The position numbers and the translations under genes are program-made. A stretch of DNA of 64,000 bases from Sphingobacteriia bacterium (GTDB lineage Bacteria; Bacteroidota; Bacteroidia; UBA7662), in assembly GCA_009927485.1 (NCBI GenBank), contig RFMW01000225.1, forward strand, positions 760 through 64,759. The letters are read 5' to 3'. How positions within the stretch are numbered: position 1 is the stretch's first letter; each line of letters opens with the position of its first letter. Under the pieces are notes generated by a model that was not told where the DNA came from, did not search any database, and saw only the letters and a list, made by a program, of their open reading frames with translations. This document shows, in pieces, positions 18,777 to 27,713 of this stretch.

Positions 18777-20222
18777 ATGAGCTTGATCGGACTGGACGCC
18801 ATCCTGAACCTCCCTGCAATTCAAACCGCTTCGCAAACCGCTGCCAGGCTGAAGATGCCTTGCTACTTGGTTGGGGGAGTGTTACGGGATGCCTTGTTGC
18901 ATCGCCCCATCAAGGATATTGATTTGTTGGTGGTGGGCAACGGCCCCGATTTTGCCGGCGAATGGGCCAAGGACTTGAAGGACCAACCCAAGGTGCACAT
19001 GTTCAGGAACTTTGGCACAGCCATGCTCGAGACCGGGCAGTTGCAATTCGAAGTCGTGGGGGCCCGTCGCGAATCCTACCACAGCGACAGCCGCAAGCCT
19101 GTGGTGACCGACGGAACCCTCGAAGATGACTTGTCCCGCAGAGATTTCACCGTCAACGCGCTGGCCTACGAATTGTACCCCCAGCCTGGTCAATGGATCG
19201 ACCTCTTTCAAGGGATTCACGACCTGGAGGACGGTATTCTCATCACCCCTTTGGAACCGGACCTTACCTTCTCGGACGACCCGTTGCGCATGATGCGGGC
19301 GATACGCTTTGCCGCTCAACTCGGCTTTGAGGTGCATCCTGAAACCTTGGCCGCCATCACCCGCGGTGCCGAACGCATTCGGATCGTTTCCATGGAACGA
19401 ATCACCGAAGAGTTCAACAAAATTCTGCTCAGCCAACGTCCGGCCAAAGGCTTGGGTCTCCTTTACGACACCGGGCTGCTGGCCCTAATTTTCCCGGAAT
19501 TAACCCGCCTTCAAGGGGTCAAAATTGTCCAAGGCAAGGGCCACAAAGACAATTTCTACCATACCCTGCAAGTGGTCGAAAATTTGGTGTTACGGTCCGA
19601 AGACTTGTGGCTTCGATGGGCTGCTTTGCTCCACGATATCGCCAAACCCCAAACCCAACGATTCGAAGACGGTGTGGGATGGACCTTTCACGGCCACGAA
19701 GAATTGGGAGCCCGTATGGTCCCCAACATCTTTCGTCACTTTAAACTGCCATTGGACAGCACCATGACCAAGGTCCAAAACCTGGTACGTCTTCATTTGC
19801 GGCCCATCGCCCTGACCAAATCCAAAGTGAGCGATTCGGCCATGCGCCGCCTGTTGTTCGAGGTTGGGGAAGACATCGATGACTTAATGGAACTGTGCCG
19901 CGCCGATATCACCTCCAAAAACGAAGCCAAGGTCAAACGTTACCTCCAGAACTTTGAAGACCTTGACCGTCGATTACGAGAGGTTAGCGAGGCCGACCGC
20001 ATGCGGCTCTGGCAGCCACCTCTGGGAGGTGCCGAAATCATGGCCACCTTCGGTTTGGAACCCGGCCGACAGGTTGGGCTGATCAAGAACAAGATCCGTC
20101 AAGCCATCCTGGACGGAGCTATCGAAAACGACCCGGAACAGGCCACCCAATTGATGCTTCGCCTGGGCCAAGAACTTGGGCTCCAGGTCCAAAATCCACC
20201 CTCGAATATCCACCAAGTTTGA
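18777..20222 (+). CDS. cca: CCA tRNA nucleotidyltransferase with HD domain
   Basis: 481 aa; ..YLVGGVLRDALL..DIDLLVVG.. polymerase-beta head, ..RDFTVNALA.., HD motif ..ALLHDIAKP... Confidence 0.85.
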   Translation: MSLIGLDAILNLPAIQTASQTAARLKMPCYLVGGVLRDALLHRPIKDIDLLVVGNGPDFAGEWAKDLKDQPKVHMFRNFGTAMLETGQLQFEVVGARRESYHSDSRKPVVTDGTLEDDLSRRDFTVNALAYELYPQPGQWIDLFQGIHDLEDGILITPLEPDLTFSDDPLRMMRAIRFAAQLGFEVHPETLAAITRGAERIRIVSMERITEEFNKILLSQRPAKGLGLLYDTGLLALIFPELTRLQGVKIVQGKGHKDNFYHTLQVVENLVLRSEDLWLRWAALLHDIAKPQTQRFEDGVGWTFHGHEELGARMVPNIFRHFKLPLDSTMTKVQNLVRLHLRPIALTKSKVSDSAMRRLLFEVGEDIDDLMELCRADITSKNEAKVKRYLQNFEDLDRRLREVSEADRMRLWQPPLGGAEIMATFGLEPGRQVGLIKNKIRQAILDGAIENDPEQATQLMLRLGQELGLQVQNPPSNIHQV

Positions 20223-20308
20223 TTTCCTGAAGGTATTGACAAAACGAATTTCCTTCTTGAAATTAGCAACCTTCTAAATACCACTTCGCCACCCCCTTAA
20301 CAACCCTT

Positions 20309-21103
20309 ATGTCCGTTTACCGCTTCAAGGTCATCATCGAAGATTACGAAGATCTTTTCAGGGAAATCGAAGTCAAGGCAAGTCAGAGTTTCGAGGATTT
20401 GCACTTTGCCATTCTCAAGGCCTTTGGTTTTGACCTCAAACACCCGGCATCGTTTTTCTACAGCGATGACCTCTGGCATATGGAGGACGAAATTGCCTTC
20501 AAGGACATGCCCTACAGCCTGACGAGCAACGGGACCCCGATGATATCCACCAAGCTTAGCCAATATATCGACGACCCGCATCAACGCTTCATCTACATTT
20601 ATCAATCCAACGAGGATGCCTGGGCCTTTCTGCTCGAATTGGTCGCTGTAGGAGCAACGGCTTCCGCTGAAGTGGTTTTACCCCGTGTCGTGAAGGCAGA
20701 GGGTGAAGCTCCCAAACAATACAATCCCAAGGCCGCCTCAACAGCCAAACCTGGCTCGCCTTCTTCGGTCCCTGCAACCGGAGCCGCAGGGGTCGCTGCG
20801 GTCAATACCGACGAAGATCAGGAACCCGATCCCGATGACTTGCAAGAAGATCAACTCTTTGAACAAATCGAGACCATGGGTAAATCCCGTAAATCCTCCT
20901 CCCTTGATTTGGCAGGTGCTGCCACAGCCTCCGAAATCCCGGACGGCTTTGTGTTGGATGATGACTCGGATTCAGGTTTATCGGATAGCGAGGACGATGA
21001 GGACCAAGATCGGGATGATGATGAGGACGAAGATGGAGACGACGACGATTACCGTGGCGGAGGACGAGGTCGCTCCGGTGATTATGACCAAGACGATTAC
21101 TGA
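20309..21103 (+). CDS. Hypothetical protein: pRiA4b-ORF3-like N-terminal domain plus a long acidic, low-complexity C-terminal tail
   Basis: 264 aa; the N-terminus (VYRFKVIIEDYEDLFREIEV..LHFAILKAFGFDLKHPASFF) resembles the pRiA4b ORF-3 / IS1096-passenger-like fold. The tail reads DDDSDSGLSDSEDDEDQDRDDDEDEDGDDDDYRGGGRGRSGDYDQDDY. Confidence 0.5.
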   Translation: MSVYRFKVIIEDYEDLFREIEVKASQSFEDLHFAILKAFGFDLKHPASFFYSDDLWHMEDEIAFKDMPYSLTSNGTPMISTKLSQYIDDPHQRFIYIYQSNEDAWAFLLELVAVGATASAEVVLPRVVKAEGEAPKQYNPKAASTAKPGSPSSVPATGAAGVAAVNTDEDQEPDPDDLQEDQLFEQIETMGKSRKSSSLDLAGAATASEIPDGFVLDDDSDSGLSDSEDDEDQDRDDDEDEDGDDDDYRGGGRGRSGDYDQDDY

Positions 21104-22039
21104 ACCTGCCCCTGACGCAGGTCTATCCCTACCCCAAATCCTTTTGGTGGTTGGCCCCACCGCTTCAGGCAAAACCGCATTGGCCTTGGCCTTGGCATCC
21201 CATACCCATGGGATCATCATCTCGGCTGATTCAAGGCAATGTTACAGGGAGATGGCCATAGGCTCAGCCGCCCCCACGGCCGATGAGATGCAAGGTATTC
21301 CTCACCGAATGGTCGCCGATCGCTCCGTGCATGAGCACCTTAGCGCAGGACAATTCGAAAGAGAAGCCTTGCAGTGCCTTGCCGAGGGGATGGCTACGGG
21401 CCAACAAATCATTGTTTGCGGCGGGGCAGGTCTTTTCCTGAAGGCCCTGGTACACGGCCTGGATGATCTGGGTAACGAAGACCCCCTGGTACGGACCTAC
21501 TGGCAACAGCGCTACCGTACAGAAGGTTTGGTTATTTTGCAACAAGAAATTCTTCGTCGCGACCCCGATTATGCCGCGCAGGCCGATATGAACAACCATC
21601 AACGTCTCCTTCGGGCTCTTGAAATCATGGACAGCCGGGACAACGACTCTCGGAACTGCGGACCCAAAGCGCCAAGGACAGGCCTTTCCGTTGCTGCTGG
21701 ATCGGCATTAATCCTGAACGCGCGTGGCTTCATGAGGCGATTAACACGCGGGTTGACCAAATGGTGAGCCAAGGATTGGAGCAAGAGGCGGCAGCCCTGT
21801 ACCCATGGGATTCCATCAAAGCCTGCCAAAGTCCGGGGTACGTGGAATGGGAAGGTTACTGGAATGGGAGCATCGATTATGCCACTTGCGTCGAACATAT
21901 CAAACAGCATACCCGACAATTTGCTCGCCGTCAATTGACCTGGTTTCGTCGAAATCCCAATATCCACTGGATACCCTCTGAAATCACAGACAACCCATCA
22001 CGCCTTGAATGGGTTCTTCGTAATTTACCGATCCGCTAG
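21084..22039 (+). pseudogene. miaA: tRNA dimethylallyltransferase with an apparent -1 frame change near 21627-21632
   Basis: The N-terminal part (MTKTITEPAPDAGLSLPQILLVVGPTASGKTALAL..RLLRALEIM) is in the frame of ORF 20703..21767. The conserved continuation (GQPGQRLSELRTQS..WIGINPERAWLHEAINTRVDQMVSQGLEQEAAALY..RQLTWFRR) is in the frame of ORF 21761..22039. The ATG at 21084 overlaps the end of the upstream gene. Confidence 0.8.
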
Positions 22040-22058
22040 AACGGGATAAACCTCCGCC

Positions 22059-22817
22059 ATGGAAACCTATTTCTTTGCAGCCTTATGCCCCGAAGGTTCC
22101 TTTGTGCTTAGCGAGGAAGAAAGCAAACATTTGGTCAAAGTGCGACGACATCAACTCGGGGACCGGGTCCGGATCGCCAACGGTCTTGGACTCCTTGCCG
22201 ACTGCGAGCTTACCGAAATTCGTTCCTCTCGCGCCACCTTACGGGTGCTTCATTCCACCCAACATGCTTGGCCAGAACCCCGTATTCACCTGGCCGTTTC
22301 GCCTTTGCACCACGAGGACCGCTGGGAATGGCTGCTCGAAAAGGCGACCGAACTCGGGGTGTACCGAATCAGCCCTGTGCTCTGCGAACGCACCGAGCAT
22401 TATCGATGGAAGCTTCCTCGTTATTCCCGCATTTTGGAATCAGCCCTCAAACAATCCTTGCGGACCCATCTACCCATCTTGGATCAACCCATGCCACTTT
22501 CTCAATTTCAAGCCGAATCGAATAACGTGACCTACGTTGCGCATTGCGATGAATCGGCCGATGCAAGGACCCCGCGCATTCCCTTGGACCGTGTGGACAT
22601 TTCCCGTAACACATGCCTAATGATAGGTCCCGAAGGTGATTTTCACCCCTCAGAAATACAACAGTTGGTTGACCACGGGGCCCTACCCCTTTCGCTTGGT
22701 GCATTGCGCCTTAGAACAGAAACTGCGGTCATTGCAGGCCTAAGCCGCTTTCTGGGCGGGAGCATGCAACGTGCTGGCACTGTCTTGCTGACCGTGCTGC
22801 TGACCGTGCTGCTGAGG
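22059..22817 (+). CDS. rsmE: 16S rRNA (uracil1498-N3)-methyltransferase RsmE; no in-frame stop before the next gene
   Basis: ..VRIANGLG.., ..MIGPEGDFHPSEIQ..LSLGALRLRTETAVIAGLS.. are RsmE hallmarks. The frame then continues (..RFLGGSMQRAGTVLLTVLLTVLLR) straight into the DUF4159 gene without a stop codon. Confidence 0.75.
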
Positions 22818-23519
22818 ATGCCGATGTACGTTCTACTGCCCTTGGCCTTCCCCTTGCTGATCCCAATCACCCCGGCTTTAGCCCAAAGCAACAACCAACG
22901 CAGCAACGCCACCCCGGTACGGACCGGGCATATTGCCTTGGGTCGCCTCAAATACCAGGGTGGAGGGGATTGGTATGCCAATCCTACCTCGATTTCCAAT
23001 CTGGCCAAATTTTGCAATGCAGGTTTGGGGACTTCGCTTTCGCTTCAAGAAGAAGTTGCCGATGCGGGGAGTCCTGACCTCTTTCGCTTTCCATGGGTTC
23101 ATATGACCGGGCATGGCCGGGTCGTCTTCAACGAACAAGAAGCCCGTAACCTTCGATCCTATCTCACCGGGGGTGGCTTCCTCCATGTGGACGACAATTA
23201 CGGCATGGACCCCTACGTGCGCAGTGAGTTCAAGAAGGTCTTTCCGGAACTGGAATGGACCCGCCTCCCGGACAATCATCCCGTGTACCTCAAACCTTAT
23301 CCGATGGCGGCAGGATTACCCAAAATCCACGAGCACGACGGAAGACCGGCCGAAGGCCTGGGGCTCCTGTGGCAAGGTCGCTTGGTGGTCTATTATTCCT
23401 ACCAATGCGATTTGGGAGACGGTTGGGAAGATGCCTCGGTCCATCGGGATCCGGAAAACCTGCGCACCACCGCCCTGCAGATGGGCGCCAACCTGGTCCG
23501 CTACGCCTTCGAGCAGTAG
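22818..23519 (+). CDS. DUF4159 domain-containing secreted protein
   Basis: MPMYVLLPLAFPLLIPITPALAQS signal peptide, then ..RLKYQGGGDWYANPTSISNLAKFCN..FPWVHMTGHGRVVFNEQEARNLRSYLTGGGFLHVDDNYGMD.., the DUF4159 consensus. It is in the same frame as rsmE with no intervening stop. Confidence 0.8.
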   Translation: MPMYVLLPLAFPLLIPITPALAQSNNQRSNATPVRTGHIALGRLKYQGGGDWYANPTSISNLAKFCNAGLGTSLSLQEEVADAGSPDLFRFPWVHMTGHGRVVFNEQEARNLRSYLTGGGFLHVDDNYGMDPYVRSEFKKVFPELEWTRLPDNHPVYLKPYPMAAGLPKIHEHDGRPAEGLGLLWQGRLVVYYSYQCDLGDGWEDASVHRDPENLRTTALQMGANLVRYAFEQ

Positions 23520-23540
23520 ATAAATTATATTTCTTAGTTT

Positions 23541-24404
23541 TTATGCTTTTAATAGTTTTCTTTGAATTTCAGGCAACAAACTATCCATTTTGCTAAAGGC
23601 AAAACACTTTAACCCCAAGTCTTTAAGACTGGCTCCAATATGAAATAATCGTTCATGGTCTATTACCAAAAACCGATCATGACTACTTGAATTTGGAACA
23701 AAATCGATGGTAGGGTATTGTCGGTTATGTTTTTCTAAATCCCGCAACAAGGAACTTCTTGGTTTGTAATATATTCGGCATGTTACTCCTTTCTTCCTTT
23801 TACTAAGCAACAACAGGGTAGATTCATCGGCATAATTATCAATCAAAGCAATGTTTACCTTGGCTTGCCGAATCAAACTGCATATCCATACATGCGCATC
23901 AAATAATTCACCCTCAAAAAAAATTCCCTGCATGGGTTCTTTATCTTTCTCAAGGGCACATAGTATTTTTTCCAAAGAAATATCTGTTCGAATCTGTTTA
24001 TTTTCAAGAGAATCTAACCTTTGTATAACTTTTTCAAAGGAACCAATTGTTTTGCGCATTGCCACAAAAGCTTGAATAATTTGAATGCTAACCATCACGG
24101 CCACGTTGCTCCTAAGTACAGCCGATAACATAGCGAACCCTTGCTCTGTAAACACAAAAGGTAAAAATCGCGTGCCCCCTCGACCCAACTTTGAAGTCAC
24201 AAATTGTGATCTCATATCTTTGGTTTCTTCTTCTGTCAATTGAAAACAGAATCCATCAGGAAATCGATTAATATTCCTTTTGACCGCTTGATTGAGTACC
24301 CTTGTTTCGACCTGGTACATCAACGCCAAGTCACTATCCATTAAAACGTGTACCCCACGGATGGTGTGTATTCTATTTTCGATTGCGTCCAAGGTTAATT
24401 TCAT
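23541..24404 (-). CDS. ORF6N (KilA-N-related) domain protein on a low-GC islet
   Basis: 287 aa; N-terminus ..IRGVHVLMDSDLALMYQVETRVLNQAVKRNINRFPDGFCFQLT.. gives the ORF6N DNA-binding domain. The conserved C-terminal module ..HDRFLVIDHERLFHIGASLKDLGLKCFAFSKM matches the abundant Bacteroidota ORF6N-protein family. Local GC is about 37% against about 58% in the flanks. Confidence 0.75.
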   Translation of the reverse strand: MKLTLDAIENRIHTIRGVHVLMDSDLALMYQVETRVLNQAVKRNINRFPDGFCFQLTEEETKDMRSQFVTSKLGRGGTRFLPFVFTEQGFAMLSAVLRSNVAVMVSIQIIQAFVAMRKTIGSFEKVIQRLDSLENKQIRTDISLEKILCALEKDKEPMQGIFFEGELFDAHVWICSLIRQAKVNIALIDNYADESTLLLLSKRKKGVTCRIYYKPRSSLLRDLEKHNRQYPTIDFVPNSSSHDRFLVIDHERLFHIGASLKDLGLKCFAFSKMDSLLPEIQRKLLKA

Positions 24405-24456
24405 CGAGGTTCCTCTTTATTGTACTGAGGAACGATCAACCATTGATGAAATTAAC

Positions 24457-25485
24457 CTAAGAACGAATAGCCGAGGCTATTTCGCCGACCAAAGCCGGGC
24501 CACGGTACACCAAACCGGTATACACCTGCACCCAGGAGGCACCGCCATGCATGCGTTGGATGGCATCCTCGCCGCTCATGATACCACCCACCGCAACCAG
24601 CGCGGGCAGGAAGCCCTCTTGCTCCCCGTATTGACGCATCGCCTCCAGGAGGGCCGCTGCCTTGGACGCCAAGGGAGCACCGCTAAGTCCCCCATTCCCA
24701 AGGCGTTCAAGGTCCTCGGGGCTGGTCTTCAACCCGGTACGGTCCACGGTGGTGTTGGTCAAAACCAAGCCCGAAACACGATGTTTCCTCAACACCTTCC
24801 ACAGCGACTGCCACTGAGCAGGCTCCATATCCGGGGCTAATTTGATGCAGATCGGACGAGGTCTTGTTTGCTGACAAGGCAAATCGTGAAGGTGCTGTAA
24901 CAACGAATCAATGAAATTCGCCTCCTGCAATTCCCTAAGCCCTGGGGTATTGGGGGAGCTCAAATTGATGGTGAAATAATCCACCCACGGATGCAATTCC
25001 TCGAAGCACTTGAGGTAATCACCCAAAGCATCCGTGTTGGGCGTGTCTTTGTTTTTGCCAATATTGGCGCCGACCACCAGATCCGATGGACGATGCTTCA
25101 GCCTGGGAATGGCCGCAGCAACGCCACCGTTGTTGAAGCCCAGACGATTGATCAGGGCCTGGTCTTGCAGCAAACGAAACAAACGAGGCTTCGGATTGCC
25201 AGGCTGTGGCCGTGGGGTCAAGGTGCCTACTTCCACCGACCCAAAGCCCATGGCTTTCCAAACATGGAGGTAGCGGGCATCTTTGTCAAAGCCGGCGGAC
25301 AATCCCACCCTGTTGGACCAATGCAGGCCCAAACCTTCCCAAGGATCGTGCACCTTGGGCCAAAATTGAGCCCATAACCGGGCCATCCCGGGGATTCGCA
25401 ACAAAACCGAAGCCAAGTTAAGGGTAAGATGATGCGCCCTTTCGGCATCCAATTGGAACATGACCCGGCGCAATATCGAATACAT
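24457..25485 (-). CDS. pyrD: Dihydroorotate dehydrogenase (quinone), class 2
   Basis: The homologous start MYSILRRVMFQLDAERAHH.. is at 25485; the track start at 25644 is an in-frame upstream extension. ..GFGSVEVGTLTPRPQPGNPKPRLFRL..NRLGFNN.. fits class-2 DHODH. Confidence 0.85.
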   Translation of the reverse strand: MYSILRRVMFQLDAERAHHLTLNLASVLLRIPGMARLWAQFWPKVHDPWEGLGLHWSNRVGLSAGFDKDARYLHVWKAMGFGSVEVGTLTPRPQPGNPKPRLFRLLQDQALINRLGFNNGGVAAAIPRLKHRPSDLVVGANIGKNKDTPNTDALGDYLKCFEELHPWVDYFTINLSSPNTPGLRELQEANFIDSLLQHLHDLPCQQTRPRPICIKLAPDMEPAQWQSLWKVLRKHRVSGLVLTNTTVDRTGLKTSPEDLERLGNGGLSGAPLASKAAALLEAMRQYGEQEGFLPALVAVGGIMSGEDAIQRMHGGASWVQVYTGLVYRGPALVGEIASAIRS

Positions 25486-25516
25486 GCCCCAAAGATGCGG
25501 AAGACCTTGCGGAAAA

Positions 25517-26365
25517 TCAGCCTTTGACCGCCCTGAGCATTTCCCTTTTGCCTGGAGGACCGGGCAATCGCTCCACCAACAAGCCCGCTTGCAGGAGGTG
25601 ACGTCGGAAGGCACCTTGAGCGCTGTAGGTGACCATGACCCCACCCTTGTTCAGACGCTGGGCTAACAAGGTTACCGCTTGCTCACCCCATAATTCCGGC
25701 TGGGCAGAAGGACCAAACGCATCGTAAAAGATCAGGTCAAAAGTCTCTTCCAAAGGCTGTACCCATCCCTGTGGCCTTACCTTCATTACCATACGACTTT
25801 CCTTGGATTGCATTCGAAAGGATGTGTTTTCCTCAGGCCCTTCCCCAACGCATTCCGAGCCACCAGACTGATGGGAAGCCTCCAAAAGAGTTGGGTACAT
25901 TGCCCTGTAGCCTGCAAGCCAATCCTCCCATGCCCCATGATGCAGATGCGCTTCATAATTTAATTTCTCCAACAGCAAAGGATCAAGGGGGTAAGTCTCC
26001 AAAGCCGTGTACGACCAATTCAAGGAACCATGCCCGCTGGAGGGAATGTCATCACCGTTCTTGCTCTTCGATCCCAACCTACGGCGCCAACCTTCCAAGA
26101 CCAAAGCAGCGTTGAGCCCTGTCCCCAAACCCATCTCCAAAACCCGCAGGGTCGTTGGCGCATGGGCATGGGCATGGGCAGCCAACCAACAGTCCAAACC
26201 CATCTGCTCAAAGACATGCCTGGACTCGGTAATCGCTCCATGGCGGCTGTGGAAGGTCAGAAGGCCATCCTTCGAGACCAAGGTATGGGAACCGTCCGTC
26301 GTGGGAATAATCTCCCATGTTGGGGGGGCGCCATTCATCCCCTTAGGTTCACCGATCTCGAGCAT
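25517..26365 (-). CDS. mnmD: tRNA U34 modification methyltransferase, MnmD/MnmC2-like (DUF752 methyltransferase domain)
   Basis: ..IIPTTDGSHTLVS..FHSRHGAITESRHVFEQ..VLEMGLGTGLN..FYDAFGP...ELW.. follows the MnmC methyltransferase-domain pattern. It contains the AHAHAHAP microsatellite-encoded insert. Start taken at MLEIG (26365), uncertain. Confidence 0.65.
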   Translation of the reverse strand: MLEIGEPKGMNGAPPTWEIIPTTDGSHTLVSKDGLLTFHSRHGAITESRHVFEQMGLDCWLAAHAHAHAPTTLRVLEMGLGTGLNAALVLEGWRRRLGSKSKNGDDIPSSGHGSLNWSYTALETYPLDPLLLEKLNYEAHLHHGAWEDWLAGYRAMYPTLLEASHQSGGSECVGEGPEENTSFRMQSKESRMVMKVRPQGWVQPLEETFDLIFYDAFGPSAQPELWGEQAVTLLAQRLNKGGVMVTYSAQGAFRRHLLQAGLLVERLPGPPGKREMLRAVKG

Positions 26366-26429
26366 GGTCGCAAAGTAAGCCATGAGCGGGGCCACAGGAG
26401 TTTATCTTTAGCGTTCAAGACGGTTTTCC

Positions 26430-27713
26430 ATGTACGACATGCCCCTGGCGGAGCGAATGCGCCCGCAACGCATCGAGGATTTGTTGGGCCAGGACTCCTT
26501 GCTCAGCCAGGGAGGTCTGCTGACCGGCATGATCCAGCGAGGCACCCTTCCCTCGATGATCCTCTGGGGACCGCCGGGCTGCGGCAAGACGACCCTTGCC
26601 AAGCTACTGGCCGCCAGCACCAAGCAGCCCTTTCACCCGCTCAGTGCGGTGGATGCCGGCGTCAAAGAAGTACGCAATGTTATCGAACAAAGCCACGGCC
26701 TGTTCAAGCCTTTGCTTTTCTTGGACGAAATCCACCGCTTCAACAAAGCCCAACAAGACGCTTTGTTGGGTGCCGTGGAACAAGGCCGCATCACCCTCAT
26801 CGGGGCCACCACCGAGAATCCCTCTTTCAGCTTGAATCCCGCCTTGCTGTCCCGTTGCCAGTTAATCGTCTTGCAACCCTTGTCCCCGGATGACCTGCTC
26901 CAACTCGCACGAAGAGCCCTGGACCAGGACCCTGTCCTGGCCAGCCGTCCTGTGCCCTTGACCGAATGGAATGCCCTGCTTCGGCATGCCCAAGGGGATG
27001 CCCGGCGTTTGCTCAACCTTCTGGAAATGTTATGGAACGCCGCCAAGGGCCCGGAGGCTGTTCTTGACGATGCGTTGGTGGCCTCGGTGCTCCCGCATTT
27101 TCTGGTCTACCACGACAGGGACGGAGACCAGCATTACCGCCTGATTTCAGCCCTTATCAAATCTGTTCGGGGTTCCGATCCCCAGGCCGCCGTTTATTAC
27201 CTGGCCAGGTTGGTGCAAGGCGGTGAAGACCCTGTCTTTATTGCTCGAAGGTTGCTCATTTTGGCCGCCGAGGATATAGGTCTTGCCAATCCGCAAGCGA
27301 TGATCTTGGCGCAAGCCAACATGGAGGGTGTGGCCAAAATAGGCTATCCGGAAGCCCGCATCTTGCTTAGCCAAACCGTGCTTTACCTCAGCCTCAGCCC
27401 CAAAAGCAATTCCGCCTACCTGGCCATCGACAAGGCTTTGGATTTCATTCGCAGGGAGGATAGCCTTCCCCCGGTTCCCGAAGCCCTACGTAATGCCGTA
27501 ACCAACCTGGACCGCCAAATGGGCTTTGGCCAAGGCTACCAATACAGCCACGAAGGCCCTCACCATTTCATCCCCCAACCATTCATGCCCGATGGCTTGC
27601 ACGGCAAAGTCTTCTACGAACCCGCTTCCAACCCCCGCGAAGACAAGTACCGCAGCTGGCTTCAAAGCCATTGGCCTGGCTATGATTTATCGCCAAGTAC
27701 CCCAGGGCCTTGA
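26430..27713 (+). CDS. rarA: Replication-associated recombination protein A (AAA+ ATPase)
   Basis: 427 aa; Walker [10 protein letters not shown], ..[17 protein letters not shown].., C-terminal MgsA/RarA-specific domain. Confidence 0.9.
   Translation: MYDMPLAERMRPQRIEDLLGQDSLLSQGGLLTGMIQRGTLPSMILWGPPGCGKTTLAKLLAASTKQPFHPLSAVDAGVKEVRNVIEQSHGLFKPLLFLDEIHRFNKAQQDALLGAVEQGRITLIGATTENPSFSLNPALLSRCQLIVLQPLSPDDLLQLARRALDQDPVLASRPVPLTEWNALLRHAQGDARRLLNLLEMLWNAAKGPEAVLDDALVASVLPHFLVYHDRDGDQHYRLISALIKSVRGSDPQAAVYYLARLVQGGEDPVFIARRLLILAAEDIGLANPQAMILAQANMEGVAKIGYPEARILLSQTVLYLSLSPKSNSAYLAIDKALDFIRREDSLPPVPEALRNAVTNLDRQMGFGQGYQYSHEGPHHFIPQPFMPDGLHGKVFYEPASNPREDKYRSWLQSHWPGYDLSPSTPGP

Noticed and set aside
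20703-21083. First 127 codons of ORF 20703..21767
   Set aside because: Off-frame read across the acidic-tail gene. Only the portion from ATG 21084 onward belongs to miaA.
22075-22530. 151-aa alternative-frame ORF inside rsmE
   Set aside because: Overlaps the conserved rsmE frame and has no homology pattern.
26030-26893. 287-aa plus-strand ORF overlapping mnmD and rarA
   Set aside because: The Arg/Pro/Gly-rich nonsense composition is typical of an off-frame read of GC-rich DNA. It overlaps two well-supported genes and shows no homology pattern.
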